Shown here: positions 1 to 11,855 of the stretch, piece after piece
Layout: each line of letters starts with the position of its first letter
Numbering within the stretch: the first letter of the stretch is position 1
Program-made: the position numbers and the translations under genes
NCBI RefSeq assembly: GCF_006345805.1
Contig: NW_021829632.1
Coordinates: 1-32,201 of the forward strand
Direction: 5' to 3'
DNA: 32,201 bases
From: Octopus sinensis
Lineage: Eukaryota
The notes under the pieces: generated by a model
The model's input: the letters and a program-made list of their open reading frames with translations, nothing else
Database searches by the model: none
Told to the model about the DNA's origin: nothing

Positions 1-338
1 ATAAGGCCCATATGGAAGGAAATACCTCTCACGTGTTCGAAACAGTATTGCTGCTGCCACTACTGCTGCACTGCCACTACTGCTGCCAACGCCGCTGCTG
101 ATGCACACGCTCACACATACATACACACACTCATACACATGCTCACACAGCTGCATACACATCCATGAATCACACTCAAATGTAGGCCGTGCTACTGATG
201 GCCAATTATCATTAACTATAACACCACTGCAACCAATATCTCGCGCAACAGCTGTGCATCGATTAGTTGACTTATCTTGGTAGTTTTCATATTGAAGTTT
301 GATCAGTTTCTAGTATGTCTCTGGTGGCTCACTGTTTC

Positions 339-361
339 GTCGTCATCATCATCATCATCAC

Positions 362-392
<31 letters not shown>

Positions 393-494
393 ATCAATAT
401 CATCATCATCGTCATCATCGTCAACGTCGTCGTCGTCGTCATCATCATCATCGTCGTCGTCATCGTCGTCGTCGTCATAATCATCGTCGTCGTT

Positions 495-526
<32 letters not shown>

Positions 527-591
527 TGTCATCGTCGTCGTCGTCATAGTCGTCATCACCGTCGTCGTCATCGTCTTCATCGTCGTCGTCG

Positions 592-622
<31 letters not shown>

Positions 623-693
623 TGTCATCGTCGCCGTCGTCGTCGTCGTCATCGTGATCATCGTCGTCGCCGTCGTCGTCGTCGTCATCATCG

Positions 694-748
<55 letters not shown>

Positions 749-806
749 TATTATTATTATTTTTATTATTATTATTATCATCATCTTCATTATTATTATT
801 ATTATT
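339..806. repeat. Compound trinucleotide microsatellite (GTC/ATC/ATT)n
   Basis: Direct reading; explains the poly-S/V/I/M/T ORFs at 277-812. Confidence 0.97.
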
Positions 807-1358
807 GAGTGAGAGAACAGTTCATGCCATCAAAGTGACACTGGGGTAAACTATACGAAGCCCAATATACCCATCATGACTACCCGTCTGATAAGGGTAC
901 ACCAGGCACATGCATCACAACCATATGTGCGCGACATGGTGATCTCATATCAAGATAAACAGCGCATGACCTTGCAGGTGGGGCCCAGTTAGAATTTTCT
1001 TCAGGTTGAGTAGCCCATCCCACTCAAACGGTCCCTGAATAAGGGTTGTTTAAGGATGTTGAAAGAACCACCCATGTTTCCAGAGGTGAATTATTCAAAC
1101 CCCAAAGAATCCCTCTCAACACATGGCTATGATGCTCCCCCACTACTTCTGCCTCGTGATCAGAGATGCACATATCGTCAGCCAATAAGGGACATGCTCA
1201 ACTGGTTACGGAGGTCAAACACTGACAAGCAAATCTGTGTATTGAGCAGAATATTTGCTGTAGCCCATCTTTTATACCAAGACAAAACAATGTACATGAT
1301 AACACTTCTAATCAGTTAAGATCAGAAGCCATGAGAGCCACTGCCTGGTACTGCATCA
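807..1358 (-). mobile_element. Unclassified ~550-bp putative retroposon embedded in an (ATT/ATC)n tract
   Basis: Complex sequence sharply bounded by ATT/ATC microsatellite on both sides; on the - strand it ends ...ctctcactc followed by (AAT)n like a retroposon tail. No TIR, tRNA head or credible ORF. Single copy in the window, so repetitiveness is not shown here. Confidence 0.4.
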
Positions 1359-1945
1359 TCATTATTATTATTATTATCATTATTATCATTGCTGTTGTTG
1401 TTGTTGTCCTAGCACTCGTCTTCGTAGTCGTCGTCGCCGCTGTTGTTGTGTTATTGTTGGTTGTTATTTCTTACCAATACGTTGATTCCTAGAAAGATCG
1501 TCGTTCGATTGTAATTCTCTAAGCATTTTTCTACCTTGAGATTATTGCCATATACAAGATTTTCCCAGTTCCAGATAGTTCTACGGTTAGATCTTACATT
1601 CAATTGTATTCGTATTTTCGTTCATGTTCATCTTTTGTTGGACAATATTCTGTAGGATTGCCAGAATTTGATTTCGTTTTATTTTGTTATTCTTGTGTTA
1701 TTCTTTCAATCTATCTCCTTACAATAATATTTTTATCTTCTTCTCAGAAATAGTTTCTCTATATTTTTACTCTTTTCTTTTCACTGGTTGTATTTTTCTT
1801 TTTCTGTTGGCGTTATTCTTAATATCTTTGTCCGGGTTCCTTACCTTCTGAGTTCATATCCTGCTGAGGTCAGTTTTCCCCTTTCATTCCTTTGGGGAGG
1901 GGGTCAATACGATAAATTATTGATCTGGGAAATGGACTCGATGGA

Positions 1946-2277
1946 GTAGCACTCCGTCGCTTCAGACGACGAGGGTTCCAGTTGATCCGATCAACGGAAC
2001 AACCCGCTCAGGAAATTAACGTGCAAGTGGCTGAGTACTCCACAGACACACGTACTCTTAACGGAGTTCTTAAGGAGATTCAGCGTTACACAGTATATGA
2101 CACAGCATGTGACACAGTATGTGATATACAGGTGCTAATCACTTTTGCCAGCTGAGTGGACTGGGGCAACGTGAAATGAAGTGTCTTGCTCAAGGATACA
2201 AGACACCGCCGGGAATCGAACTCACTACCTTACGATCGTGAGCAGAGTATTCTAACCACTAAACCACGCGCCTTCAC
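1946..2277 (-). mobile_element. tRNA-derived CORE-type SINE (B-type head + C-type tail)
   Basis: - strand: A-box TGGTTTAGTGG, B-box GAGTTCGATTCCC, CORE-like cttgagcaagacacttcatttcacgttgccccagtccactcagctg; 3' tail homologous to 14030-14176. Confidence 0.85.
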
Positions 2278-2520
2278 GGGGTCGATGGTATCGACTAATC
2301 CATTCACTTAAAAAATTGCTGGCGTTGCACCTAAATTAGAATCCATTATTATTCTTTACACTTTACGTAGCGAGTTCAAATCCTACCGAGGCTATTTTTA
2401 CCCATCATCCTTATGGGGCCGATAAAATAAAGTACCAGCCTTGTGTTGGGGGTCAATGTAATCGACTTGCCCACTTCCTTCAAAATTGCTGGTCGTTTGC
2501 CAAAATTAGAAAGAACTATT
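2278..2520 (+). mobile_element. Fragments of SINE family A' (tcatcctttcggggtcgataaa central domain; caaaattgctgg...ttagaaag tail)
   Basis: Homology to 5028-5261 and, on the opposite strand, 10639-10800; the tail is cut by MITE copy 1. Confidence 0.75.
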
Positions 2521-2931
2521 GGATCTTTTCGGTTTGAACGGCAGTTTTTAACATAATTTCTAGGTAACTAAAAAAATTTAAACTTTGTATACTGGTAGAA
2601 TGTGTTTATAAAACATCTTTTTCTCTTGGCTTTATTGAGAAAATTCTATAGTTTGTAAGATATTTGTTGTTTTTTCTTCAATTTCTGCAATTTCAACCAA
2701 TCGATGACATCCATTGAGGTAAAAAAAACATTATGTGCCGTATGAATATGTCCCTCGTTTAAGAAACAGATTGGGTTTATTTACATTTGAGAAGAAAAAG
2801 AGATACCCTTCCTCCCACCCCTAACCCTACTACAGATTGAAATGCAATAGATTGATACTAGGGTCATAATTATGGGTGACAATTTCATATGACACCGCTA
2901 GAAAAAACTGCCGTTCAAACCGAAAAGATCC
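2521..2931 (+). mobile_element. MITE copy 1 (Merlin-like non-autonomous DNA transposon)
   Basis: 29-bp TIR GGATCTTTTCGGTTTGAACGGCAGTTTTT at both ends; 8-bp TSD gaactatt/gaattatt (2513-2520, 2932-2939). Superfamily inferred from GG termini plus 8-bp TSD. Confidence 0.92.
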
Positions 2932-3104
2932 GAATTATTTTTTCAGGCTCTTTAATTTCTGAATTCAGTTATCGTGAAAGTCATCCCTTCAAAATCAATA
3001 AAATAAGTGCCATTCTAAGAACTGGGGGTTTATGATATTCACTTATCCCCTCCTTTTAGATACCGTATTCTTTTTTTTTTCGGCGGTATTTGTTCCGACT
3101 CCTT

Positions 3105-3398
3105 TTCACATTCTGTGTTCAAACCTCACCGAGGTCCGCCTTGCTTTTAATCATTTCGGGGTCGATAAAATAAAGTACCAGTCGAAAGAATGGATTCCAT
3201 CTAATAGTCGACTAATTTTCTCCTATTAAAATTTACTGGCCTTTTGCATCAATTAGAAACTATTAATATTTCCGGCTCTTTACAATCGAGTTCAAATGTC
3301 ACCGAGGTCAGCTGAGCCTTTCATCCAATCAGGTCCGATAAAACAAAATGTCGAATCACTAGTGTGGTGGTCACCCCTCTCTTCAAAATGTTTGATCC
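3105..3398 (+). mobile_element. Two degraded SINE A' fragments
   Basis: gttcaaa..ccgaggtc..cctttcatc...gataaa..aagtaccag motifs at ~3115-3185 and ~3285-3345. Confidence 0.65.
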
Positions 3399-3818
3399 GG
3401 ATCTTTTCGGTTTGAACGGCAGTTTTTAACATAATTTCTAGGTAACTAAAAAATTTTAAACTTCGTATACTGGTAGAATGTGTTTATAAGACATCTTTTT
3501 CTCTTGGCTTTATTGAGAAAATTCTATAGTTTGCAAGATATTTGTTTTTTTTTTCTTCAATTTCTGCAATTTCAACCAATCAATGACCTCCATTGAGGTA
3601 AAAAAAAAAACATTCTGTGCCGTATGAATATGTCCCTCGTTTAAGAAACAGAATGGGTATATTTACATTTGTGAAGAAAAAAAGATACCCTTCCCCCACC
3701 CCTAACCCTAACCCTAAAACAGATTGAAATGCAATAGATCGATACTAGAGTCATAATTATGGGTGACAATTTCATATGACACCGCTAGAAAAAACTCCCG
3801 TTCAAACCGAAAAGACCC
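3399..3818 (+). mobile_element. MITE copy 2
   Basis: Same TIRs (two substitutions on the right); perfect 8-bp TSD tttgatcc (3391-3398, 3819-3826). Confidence 0.93.
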
Positions 3819-4089
3819 TTTGATCCTATGACTAATTTAGAATTTCTTAACTCTGTTCTTAAGTGTTATATTTCCTGTTTCGCTTTTGAATACGTATCGT
3901 CTGAAATCCTCTAAACTGTTGGAATCAAAGCGACTCGATCGTGATTATTTAGTCTTTACACACCTTTCTTTTTATCATTTATTTGTGTCAATCAGTGGAC
4001 AACGACCATTTGGGTCGAAGGAATCGATCCCATTTCACGTTTTTTTTTTATATATAAGTTTTCAGTTTTAAAGTTTTGTCGGTTTCTTT

Positions 4090-4385
4090 TCTCGAATTAC
4101 TAAATTACGGGGACATAAAGAAACCAGTGCTGGTTGTCAAGCGGTATGGGGGGTGACGAACACACTCACAGACACCCCCCCCCCACACACACACACACAT
4201 ACACACATACTGACAGAGAGATATACGACGGGCTTGCACACAGTTTCTGTCTACCAAATTCACTCACAATTAGTCGGACGAGGCTATATGAAAGACACTT
4301 GCCTATGGCACTGCGCTGTGGGACCGAACCCAAAACCACACGGTTACAAAATAAACTTCTTAACCAAACAAACATGTCTGCGCCA
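4090..4385 (-). mobile_element. Degraded SINE family D (CORE-type head, internal microsatellite)
   Basis: Reverse-complement homology to 22806-23262 (gcaagtgtcttt..tatagcctcg, ttggtagacagaaactg, gcttgacaacc); internal (CA)n. Confidence 0.75.
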
Positions 4386-5027
4386 GTATGATAAGTACAT
4401 ATTGTGATAGTCTCGATTTTGGGTATAGTGTTTAGCTGAAAAACATTCGTGTATTATGAAACCAGCCATAATGCTTTCAGCTTTCTTTATATTTTCCCTG
4501 CGGTATTTGCTGGATTAAAGAGTAAAACCCAACCTTTGTGTTTGGTTGGCAATATTCCTATTTATCGACAAACAATTTCCTACGCTCCACTAAAGCACAC
4601 ATTCCTTTGGCCCCCTGTGCAGAACGATACGGTTTTTATTTATATGGTATCGTTACGTTTTATCACAGCTAGATTTGTCTTGTTCTTTGGCGTCATTATA
4701 TTTGTGAACTTTCAACATTATGATTAGTCAGTCGCACGGAACCAAAGCAAATAGTTTTCTGTGATCTGGAGTTTTCCGGCACATGATTGGTTCTTGTTGC
4801 CTGTTTACATCATCCACCAACATATTTTTAATAAGGAACTGATCAATTATTTTGCATGATTTGAGTTTGCTCTAGTTCTGCTCAATAGGAAGTAAAATTT
4901 GCATTTGGTAAATGCTCAATGTAATGAACAATATTTTTGAAGAGCAGTTTGTAAATACAGAAGAGAAAAGTGATGGGTTAATAATGCTATATGATAAATC
5001 CATTTGTGGACCATTATTAAGAGTTTT

Positions 5028-5261
5028 GAAGGCGGCGAGCTGGCAGATACGTTAGCACGCCGGGCGAAATGCGTAGCCGTATTTCGTCTGCCGTTACGTT
5101 CTGAGTTCAAATTCCGCCGAGGCTGACTTTGCCTTTCATCCTTTCGGGGTGATAAATTAAGTACCAGTTACGCACTGGGGTCGACATAATCGACTTAAAC
5201 TCTTTGTCTGTACTTGGTTGTCCCCTCCGTGTTTAGCCCCTTGTGGACAATAAAGAAATAA
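5028..5261 (+). mobile_element. Full-length SINE family A
   Basis: Head gaaggcggcgagctggcag.., B-box GAGTTCAAATTCC, central gcctttcatcctttcgggg..gataaattaagtaccag, tail ttagccccttgtggacaataaagaaata; homologous to 10801-11022 and 20507-20742. Confidence 0.9.
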
Positions 5262-5438
5262 GCATCGTTAATATGCCGGGCAAAATGCTTAGCGGCATTT
5301 CGACCATTTTTACGTTCTGAGTTCAAATTTCCCCGAGGTCGCCTTTACCTTTACCTTTCAGTTAAGTACTGAGGTCGAAGTAATCGACTATCTCCTTTCC
5401 CGAAATTTAAGGTCTTGTGTCTATAGCAGGAATGATTA
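5262..5438 (+). mobile_element. 5'-truncated SINE A' directly after the A copy
   Basis: gcatcgttaatatgccgggcaaaatgcttagcggcatttcg... B-box gagttcaaatt; A'-type tail. Confidence 0.7.
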
Positions 5439-5804
5439 TGTAGAGCTTTGTAAAAAAAAAAAAAGCCATTATCAGTATTTCTTTGGGAGATTCAAAGATT
5501 TTATCTGGTTTAGAAATAGGTTAAATCATAGTTAATATTAATAGTTTCAACAGCAGGGCTCTTTCAATTCTAAGAAATCTCATATTTTAATACAATATTG
5601 GCAACAGATGGACTCCTATCCATAAGTAGCTGATAAAGGTGTTCACTGTGGGCCGAGGACTTTTGTTTGCCATTGAGCTACTGATGGCGTTTAGATAGTC
5701 TTTTTATCATATTCTGATTTTTGCTTTCAGACATGGCAGTGTAGTTAAAAAATATTATATGCTAATTTTATGCGTAGGTAATATCGGGTGATCAAACATT
5801 TTTT

Positions 5805-6333
<529 letters not shown>

Positions 6334-6362
6334 GTGTGTGTGTGTGTATATTTATATATATA

Positions 6363-6480
6363 ATATGTAACAATTAGTTGGTTGTCATAACAAGATGACT
6401 GATAAGATGCCGGAGCAGACTTCAGCCCCGTCATTCAAAATTCTGAGTTTTATTATGACAACCAACTAATTGTCACATAT
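6363..6480. repeat. 28-bp inverted repeat with 62-bp spacer
   Basis: atatgtaacaattagttggttgtcataa (6363-6390) vs ttatgacaaccaactaattgtcacatat (6453-6480): 27/28 complementary. Confidence 0.9.
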
Positions 6481-6573
6481 ATTTATAGATAAATTCTTCT
6501 ATTTTACATAATATCGAGGTCTCATTCATTCTTTTATTGTCATGCTATCATTATTAATATATATATATATATA

Positions 6574-6968
6574 CGAGCAAAACGCCCCCCGTCCAATGGA
6601 CGGTGCTGAGTTGTCAAACATTTAAACCAAATTTTTTTTTTGGGGGGAGCTCTCTTAAATATACTGCATTTTGTGGCATTATTTCAAGCCAGCCGGCTTT
6701 TTTGCGCAAACTGCACGTGCATTTTTCTCGTGTACGCGTAGTATGGATCGGAACAGGTGATGTACTTGCGCGTACAAATGCACGTTCCCACAGCTTTATC
6801 GATCGCATTCTCACCTGGAATCGATGTTTTGTAATTTTTTCAAGACTTATACACGCCCTGATACCGTCAGTATCTACATATCAAATTTGAGCGCAATCGG
6901 ATGGAGGATGCCCGAGATCCTAGAAGACACACATACACAGACAGACAGAACGGATTTTATATAATAGA
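6574..6968 (-). mobile_element. Non-autonomous Helitron (rolling-circle element)
   Basis: - strand starts TC (6968) after a host A, has (GTCT)n near the 5' end, a subterminal hairpin ccgtcca-t-tggacgg (6589-6603) 11 nt before a CTCG terminus (canonical CTRR) followed by host T; no TSD. Confidence 0.75.
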
Positions 6969-7958
6969 TATATAAGAGGAAAGAACAAGGGCGTTAAGGA
7001 TACCTGTGTCTGTGGGCCATTTAGCCGTTTGCACGTTAATTTCACAAGCAGGATGTTCCGTTGACTAAGTCAACAGGAACCCTCGCCGTCGTACGGACTG
7101 CCAGTTTTTAATATCTTATTACCGCATATTTCTCTAACCATCGGCTATTTTTACTGCATTCTTTCTCGAAAATTGCTTCTTTAGGAAGCAATATTAAATG
7201 CTATTACCATGTATAGTTCAGCAGAATTTCAAAAGCGTTGCTTTGAAAAAGTCTAATGCTATACTAATATTACGCGTTTTAAATCTATTAAACCAGGATT
7301 CTCTTTGTTTTAAAGGATTCTAATATTTACAAAGGTAATTTCTTCAACGTTTTTATGCTCTGCTTCCTTATCACATGATTAAAATTCTTATTATTTTCTT
7401 TGAAGGATAAACAAGTGTGAGCTTCCGCCACGTTAAAGTATCGTTTCTGTGATTTAATTTAGCTTTCCAATTTTCTAGGATATCTTCTGTAACAATATAT
7501 TGTTTATTTAACTTCTCATTTTCTACAGCTAGGAGAATAGAATCACAATCGTAAGAAAACGATTTGAACACATATTATTGAGAATTAATATCGTTTGAAA
7601 TCGAATTTTCCCCAGTCGTTGCTTATAACATCCCATAATCTGCTTTGATATTTAAGAATGCCTTTTCAAAGACTGCTATTATTCATCGAAGTCGTTGTAG
7701 TCTGTTCGAATTATTAAATCAGTTATACACCATGTTTGTTATGTATCATCTACTTTGGTCGTAGAATCTTTATGGGGTGGTACAGTGGAGGCTCGTGGAT
7801 TTGTGGTTAGGGTATTCAGGTCACGATCTGAAGATCGTGAGTTCAATTCCCGGCGGCTCGTTGGTACTCAGCTGGCAAAACTGAGTAGTACTTGTATTTC
7901 AAACGTTCTGTGTCACACTGAATCTCCCTGAGAACTCCGTTAAAGGTTATGCGTGTCT

Positions 7959-8911
7959 AACAGAAAACAGACACACAGGGTAACTCACAAAATTCCCGTC
8001 CCACAGACCATTATGTAGGTTTACTAGGCAATGAAGATGAGGATTTATTTGAAATATTGAAGGATTAGCGAAAGGTTAAATTACCAGGCAGCTGGGATAA
8101 GGATGGGGGTATGGAAGTATTATTAACAAGAAACCAAGTAAAAGAACTTGAAAAAGAACTTAACAACGTTTATATGTTAGTAAGGAAGAGGGTTCTTTTC
8201 GGTTTGAACGGCAGTTTTTTCTAGCGGTGTCATATGAAATTGTCACCCATAATTATGACCCTAGTATCGATCTATTGCATTTCAATCTGTTTTAGGGTTA
8301 GGGTTAGTTAGGGTTAGGGGTGGGGAAAGGGTATCTTTTTTTCTTCACAAATGTAAATATACCCAATCTGTTTCTTAAACGAGGGACATATTCATACGGC
8401 ACAGAATGCTTTATAACTCAATAGACGTCACTGATTGGTTGAAATTGCAGAAATTGAAGAAGAAACAACAACAAATATCTTACAAACTATAGAATTTTCT
8501 CAATAAAGCCAAGAGAAAAATATGTTTTATAAACACATTCTAGCAGTATACGAAGTTTAATTTTTTTTAGTTACCTAGAAATTATGTTAAAAACTGCCGT
8601 TCAAACCGAAAAGATCCAGGAAGCGTATAAACTCCGACAAGAGATATAAACTTGAGAAGCGGTATGGGGTGAAACTAGAGGACTACATAATTTTCGAAAT
8701 ACTGACATAGGGAATGAAGGCAAGTAAGTGATGTAAACCGATGGGGCGGTTAACATCATCACTTTCATTCCCCATTTTCACCCTTTTCATCTTTTTATCA
8801 TACGATTATGTTTTTTGTTTTAATTTTAATTTTAATTTTTGGTGTTTTGTGTCCCCAATGTGTTGTAATGTCCCGCTCTATGTAAACCCTTTATGGGAAA
8901 TAAAGAAATAA
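7959..8911 (+). mobile_element. 5'-truncated LINE-like retroelement 3' end, interrupted by MITE copy 3
   Basis: Flanked by 7-bp TSD cgtgtct (7952-7958, 8912-8918); removing the MITE and one TSD restores a 68-codon stop-free frame (RKVKLPGSWDKDGGMEVLLTRNQVKELEKELNNVYMLVRKRINSDKRYKLEKRYGVKLEDYIIFEILT*) ending TAG 8708-8710; ends aataaagaaata. Clade not recognised. Confidence 0.6.
8191..8617 (-). mobile_element. MITE copy 3 (opposite orientation)
   Basis: Same TIRs; TSD aggaagag/aggaagcg (8183-8190, 8618-8625). Confidence 0.92.
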
Positions 8912-9694
8912 CGTGTCTGTTGTGTACCCAGCCACTTGCACGTAAATTTCTCGAAAAGGCTGTTTCGTTGATCAGATCAACTGGAACTCTTGTGGTCATA
9001 ACCAACGGAGAGCCAGTCCAATGAGATGTCGCTCTTCTCTACTAACAGTAGAGCTTATCTTTTTCGTTCACAGTTTCTGGAACTAGCAGTCAACAGAAAC
9101 AGCTCCTACCTAGCGTTTCTATCTTAAAGGCAAGCTAAGCTTTAGGTTAACGTCCTTTCTCTAGAAGAAAACTATTCAAAGTGCAAAAGCATCGCAGCAG
9201 CCGGGACAAAGGTTGTCTCCTGCTGAAGACGGTCGGCTAGGTCTGTTGAATCGATTCAGGCAGCTTCTCAGAGAATGGAACGCTACCACTGAGGCTTTCT
9301 ACTGGAGTATGCGTCACCCAACACGGGAACCCCTACGTCTAAGTAAATAAAGTACGTAGGAACATTTATTTACGAATTATAAACCATGTTATTTGTTTGA
9401 GTCGTTATTCTCATCAGTCACATTATCGATACAGTTTTTTCTCTATCACCAGTATTTTTATCATCTTATCGTATCTTCCATCTTCTTTTTCTCCGTGATA
9501 ATCATAAATATTTTTTCATATCATTCACACTTTACATATTTTGATTTAAACTTTAGACTTTGACAAATGTCAAGAATTGTTGTGTCATTTAGTGCTGTCT
9601 TACAACTAACTGAAAGTATGCTTTTTTTCTCATATATCAGATATTGTTTATTATTATTATTATTATTATTATCTATTTTCGCATTTTGTTACTC

Positions 9695-10076
9695 TATTAC
9701 TTGTTTCAGTGATTTGACTGTACTGCACTGTTGGGGCACCACGTTAAAGTATTTAGTCGGGAAAAAATCTACCCCAGTACTTTTTTTTTAAGTCTCGTAC
9801 TTACTGTATTCGTGCCGTTCGTCGAACCCCTGTTAGGAGAACACAAACAGACATCGGTCGCCAAACGGTAGTGGGAGGACAAACCCCAAAATACACGCGC
9901 GCTCGCACACACACACGCAATTCTGCAGAATTTCCGTCTACTAAATCCATTCACAAGGAATTGGTCGGGCCGAGGATACAGTAGAAAATTCTTGCCCAAT
10001 GTACCGCACCTTGGGACTGAACCTGAAACCATGTGATTACGAAATAAACTTCTTAACCACACAGCCGTGCCTACGC
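9695..10076 (-). mobile_element. Degraded SINE family D
   Basis: Reverse-complement homology to 22806-23262 over head, CORE region, internal (CA)n and cagt..ctgaaac tail. Confidence 0.75.
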
Positions 10077-10638
10077 TTATTAAATTTCAAAATTCAAATC
10101 AGTTAAATTTAGAATGTCGACTTTGGATATTTATGCTTACGGTATCAATGTATTGACTACCTGTATGATGCTGGAGCTTATTACTGCAGCTTCTAGAAGC
10201 ATCTGGAAGCGTTTAAGTTGATTTCTTCCTTTTCATCTTGCTATCTGCCTTGTTGATGTTAAAGTCTGTTCTTGTGTTGTTCTTTGAAAAGACAAGCGAA
10301 CTGTGTGTTTGCTCCATAATACAGCTTTGATGGCTAATTTGCACGCAGCAAATTGACTTCAATTTCTGATTTCGTTTTTGTATTTGTTAGAGATAATTGT
10401 TGATGTTGACTTGTCAAGGGTGACCTTGGATTAAATGAGTTCACCATCCAACAACATCTACTACTACTACTACTGCTGTTATTACTACTATTACTACTAC
10501 TACTAAAACGAGAACAGCAAGAACAACAACAACCATCAACAGGTGGCGTTGTATGATTGGATATTCTGCAAATAAGAAACCATTTTAAAATATCGAGTGT
10601 AGAATTATAGTAGCATAAAAGTGGTGAACTAGTAATCT

Positions 10639-11022
10639 CTTCTGCTCTAGGCACAAGGACCGAAATTTTGGGGGAGGGGGCCAGTCGATTAGATCGACCC
10701 CAGTACGAAACTGGTACTTAATTTATCGACCCCGAAAGGATGAAAGGCAAGGTCGACCTCGGCGGAATTTGAACTCAGATCGTAAAGACAGACGAAATAC
10801 CTATTTCTTTACTATCCACAAGGGGCTAAGCATAGAGGGGACAAACAAGGACAGACAAACGGATTAAGTCGATTATATCGACCCCAGTGCGTAACTGGTA
10901 CTTATTTAATCGACCCCGAAAGGATGAAAGGCAAAGTCGACCTCGGCGGAATTTGAACTCAGAACGTAGCGGTAGACGAAATACCGCTAAGCATTTCGCC
11001 CGGCGTGCTAACGTTTCTGCCA
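10639..11022 (-). mobile_element. SINE A (10801-11022) fused to a 5'-truncated SINE A' (10639-10800)
   Basis: Two consecutive copies of cgaccccgaaaggatgaaaggcaa.gtcgacctcggcggaatttgaactcag with different tails. Confidence 0.9.
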
Positions 11023-11168
11023 GGAAACTGGTAATCGTGAGAGAGTCTGGTAAGTCGACTTGTACTTGCGCCAACTACATGCATTTTGAGTTCAAATTGC
11101 GCTGGAGTCAAAAAGAGCAAAACTCTAGGCAAATAATACTTAGGGTGCTTTAGACTAATCCCTCCTTC

Positions 11169-11208
<40 letters not shown>

Positions 11209-11297
11209 ATGAATCCTTTATTACGCCAAATATAAAAATTTGGTAGTCTCGTTTACATTCGCACAACAGAAAGCAGCTCATCTTGCTTCTTGTTACC

Positions 11298-11337
11298 ACA
11301 TCGTTTCGGCTGATTTACTCTCCAGACTTCATCAGGT
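11298..11337 (-). ncRNA. Hammerhead motif copy (H1) with mutated cleavage triplet
   Basis: Reverse complement reads cacCTGATGAagtctggagagtaaatcagccGAAACgatgtg; GTT has become GAT. Confidence 0.6.
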
Positions 11338-11410
11338 GTCCTGGTAGAATTTTGAACCCAATGCTGGGTTCTCATTCCTAAGGTATTTTTTGCTGATTTT
11401 GTTGTTGTTG

Positions 11411-11450
<40 letters not shown>

Positions 11451-11680
11451 CATTATTATCATTATTATTATTATTATTATTAATATTATTATTATTATTA
11501 TCATTATTATTATTATTATTATTATTAATTCAAGGCACTGCCTGGAATTTAACTCGGAATCTTGGGGTGCCTTGAATAAATAATAATAACAACAATAATA
11601 ATGATAATATTAATAATGATAATGATGATGACGACGACGACGATGATGATAATGATGATGATGATGATGACGACGACGAG

Positions 11681-11730
<50 letters not shown>

Positions 11731-11813
11731 TGATGATGATGATGATGATGATGATGACAGCAAAAATACCTTAGGAATGAGAACTCAGGTTTGGGTTCAA
11801 AATTCTACCAGGA

Positions 11814-11855
11814 CACCTGATGAAGTCTGGAGAGTAAATCAGCCGAAACGTTGTG
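11814..11855 (+). ncRNA. Minimal type-I hammerhead ribozyme motif (family H1)
   Basis: Stem I cac / CTGATGA / a / stem II gtctg..cagcc / GAAAC / GTT / gtg; self-complementary ACGT helix III. One stem II mismatch. Activity untested. Confidence 0.7.

Larger units (their letters stand above)
7785..9018 (+). mobile_element. tRNA SINE (B-type head remnant + C-type tail) split by a nested insertion
   Basis: Head gtggaggctcgtggatttgtggttagg..gagttcaattccc at 7785-7850; the C-tail runs to 7958 and resumes at 8912 with a cgtgtct duplication. Confidence 0.75.

Noticed and set aside
277-812. Long ORFs rich in S, V/I or M/T (also 11253-11763, 15760-16083, 27575-29014)
   Set aside because: They are translations of trinucleotide microsatellites with no splice or codon evidence.
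1460-1860. A-rich - strand stretch possibly from another LINE (also 4400-4980, 21600-22000)
   Set aside because: No diagnostic RT or endonuclease motif could be read.
7140-7660. Possible decayed Penelope RT N-terminus (KSFSY..SILLAVE..LENWK) on the - strand
   Set aside because: Similarity is only impressionistic; needs an HMM search.
8709-8772. Imperfect hairpin gggaatgaa..agtgatg/catcact..ttcattccc as an ncRNA or terminator
   Set aside because: It lies in the 3' UTR of the LINE-like insert; a single imperfect instance with no independent support.
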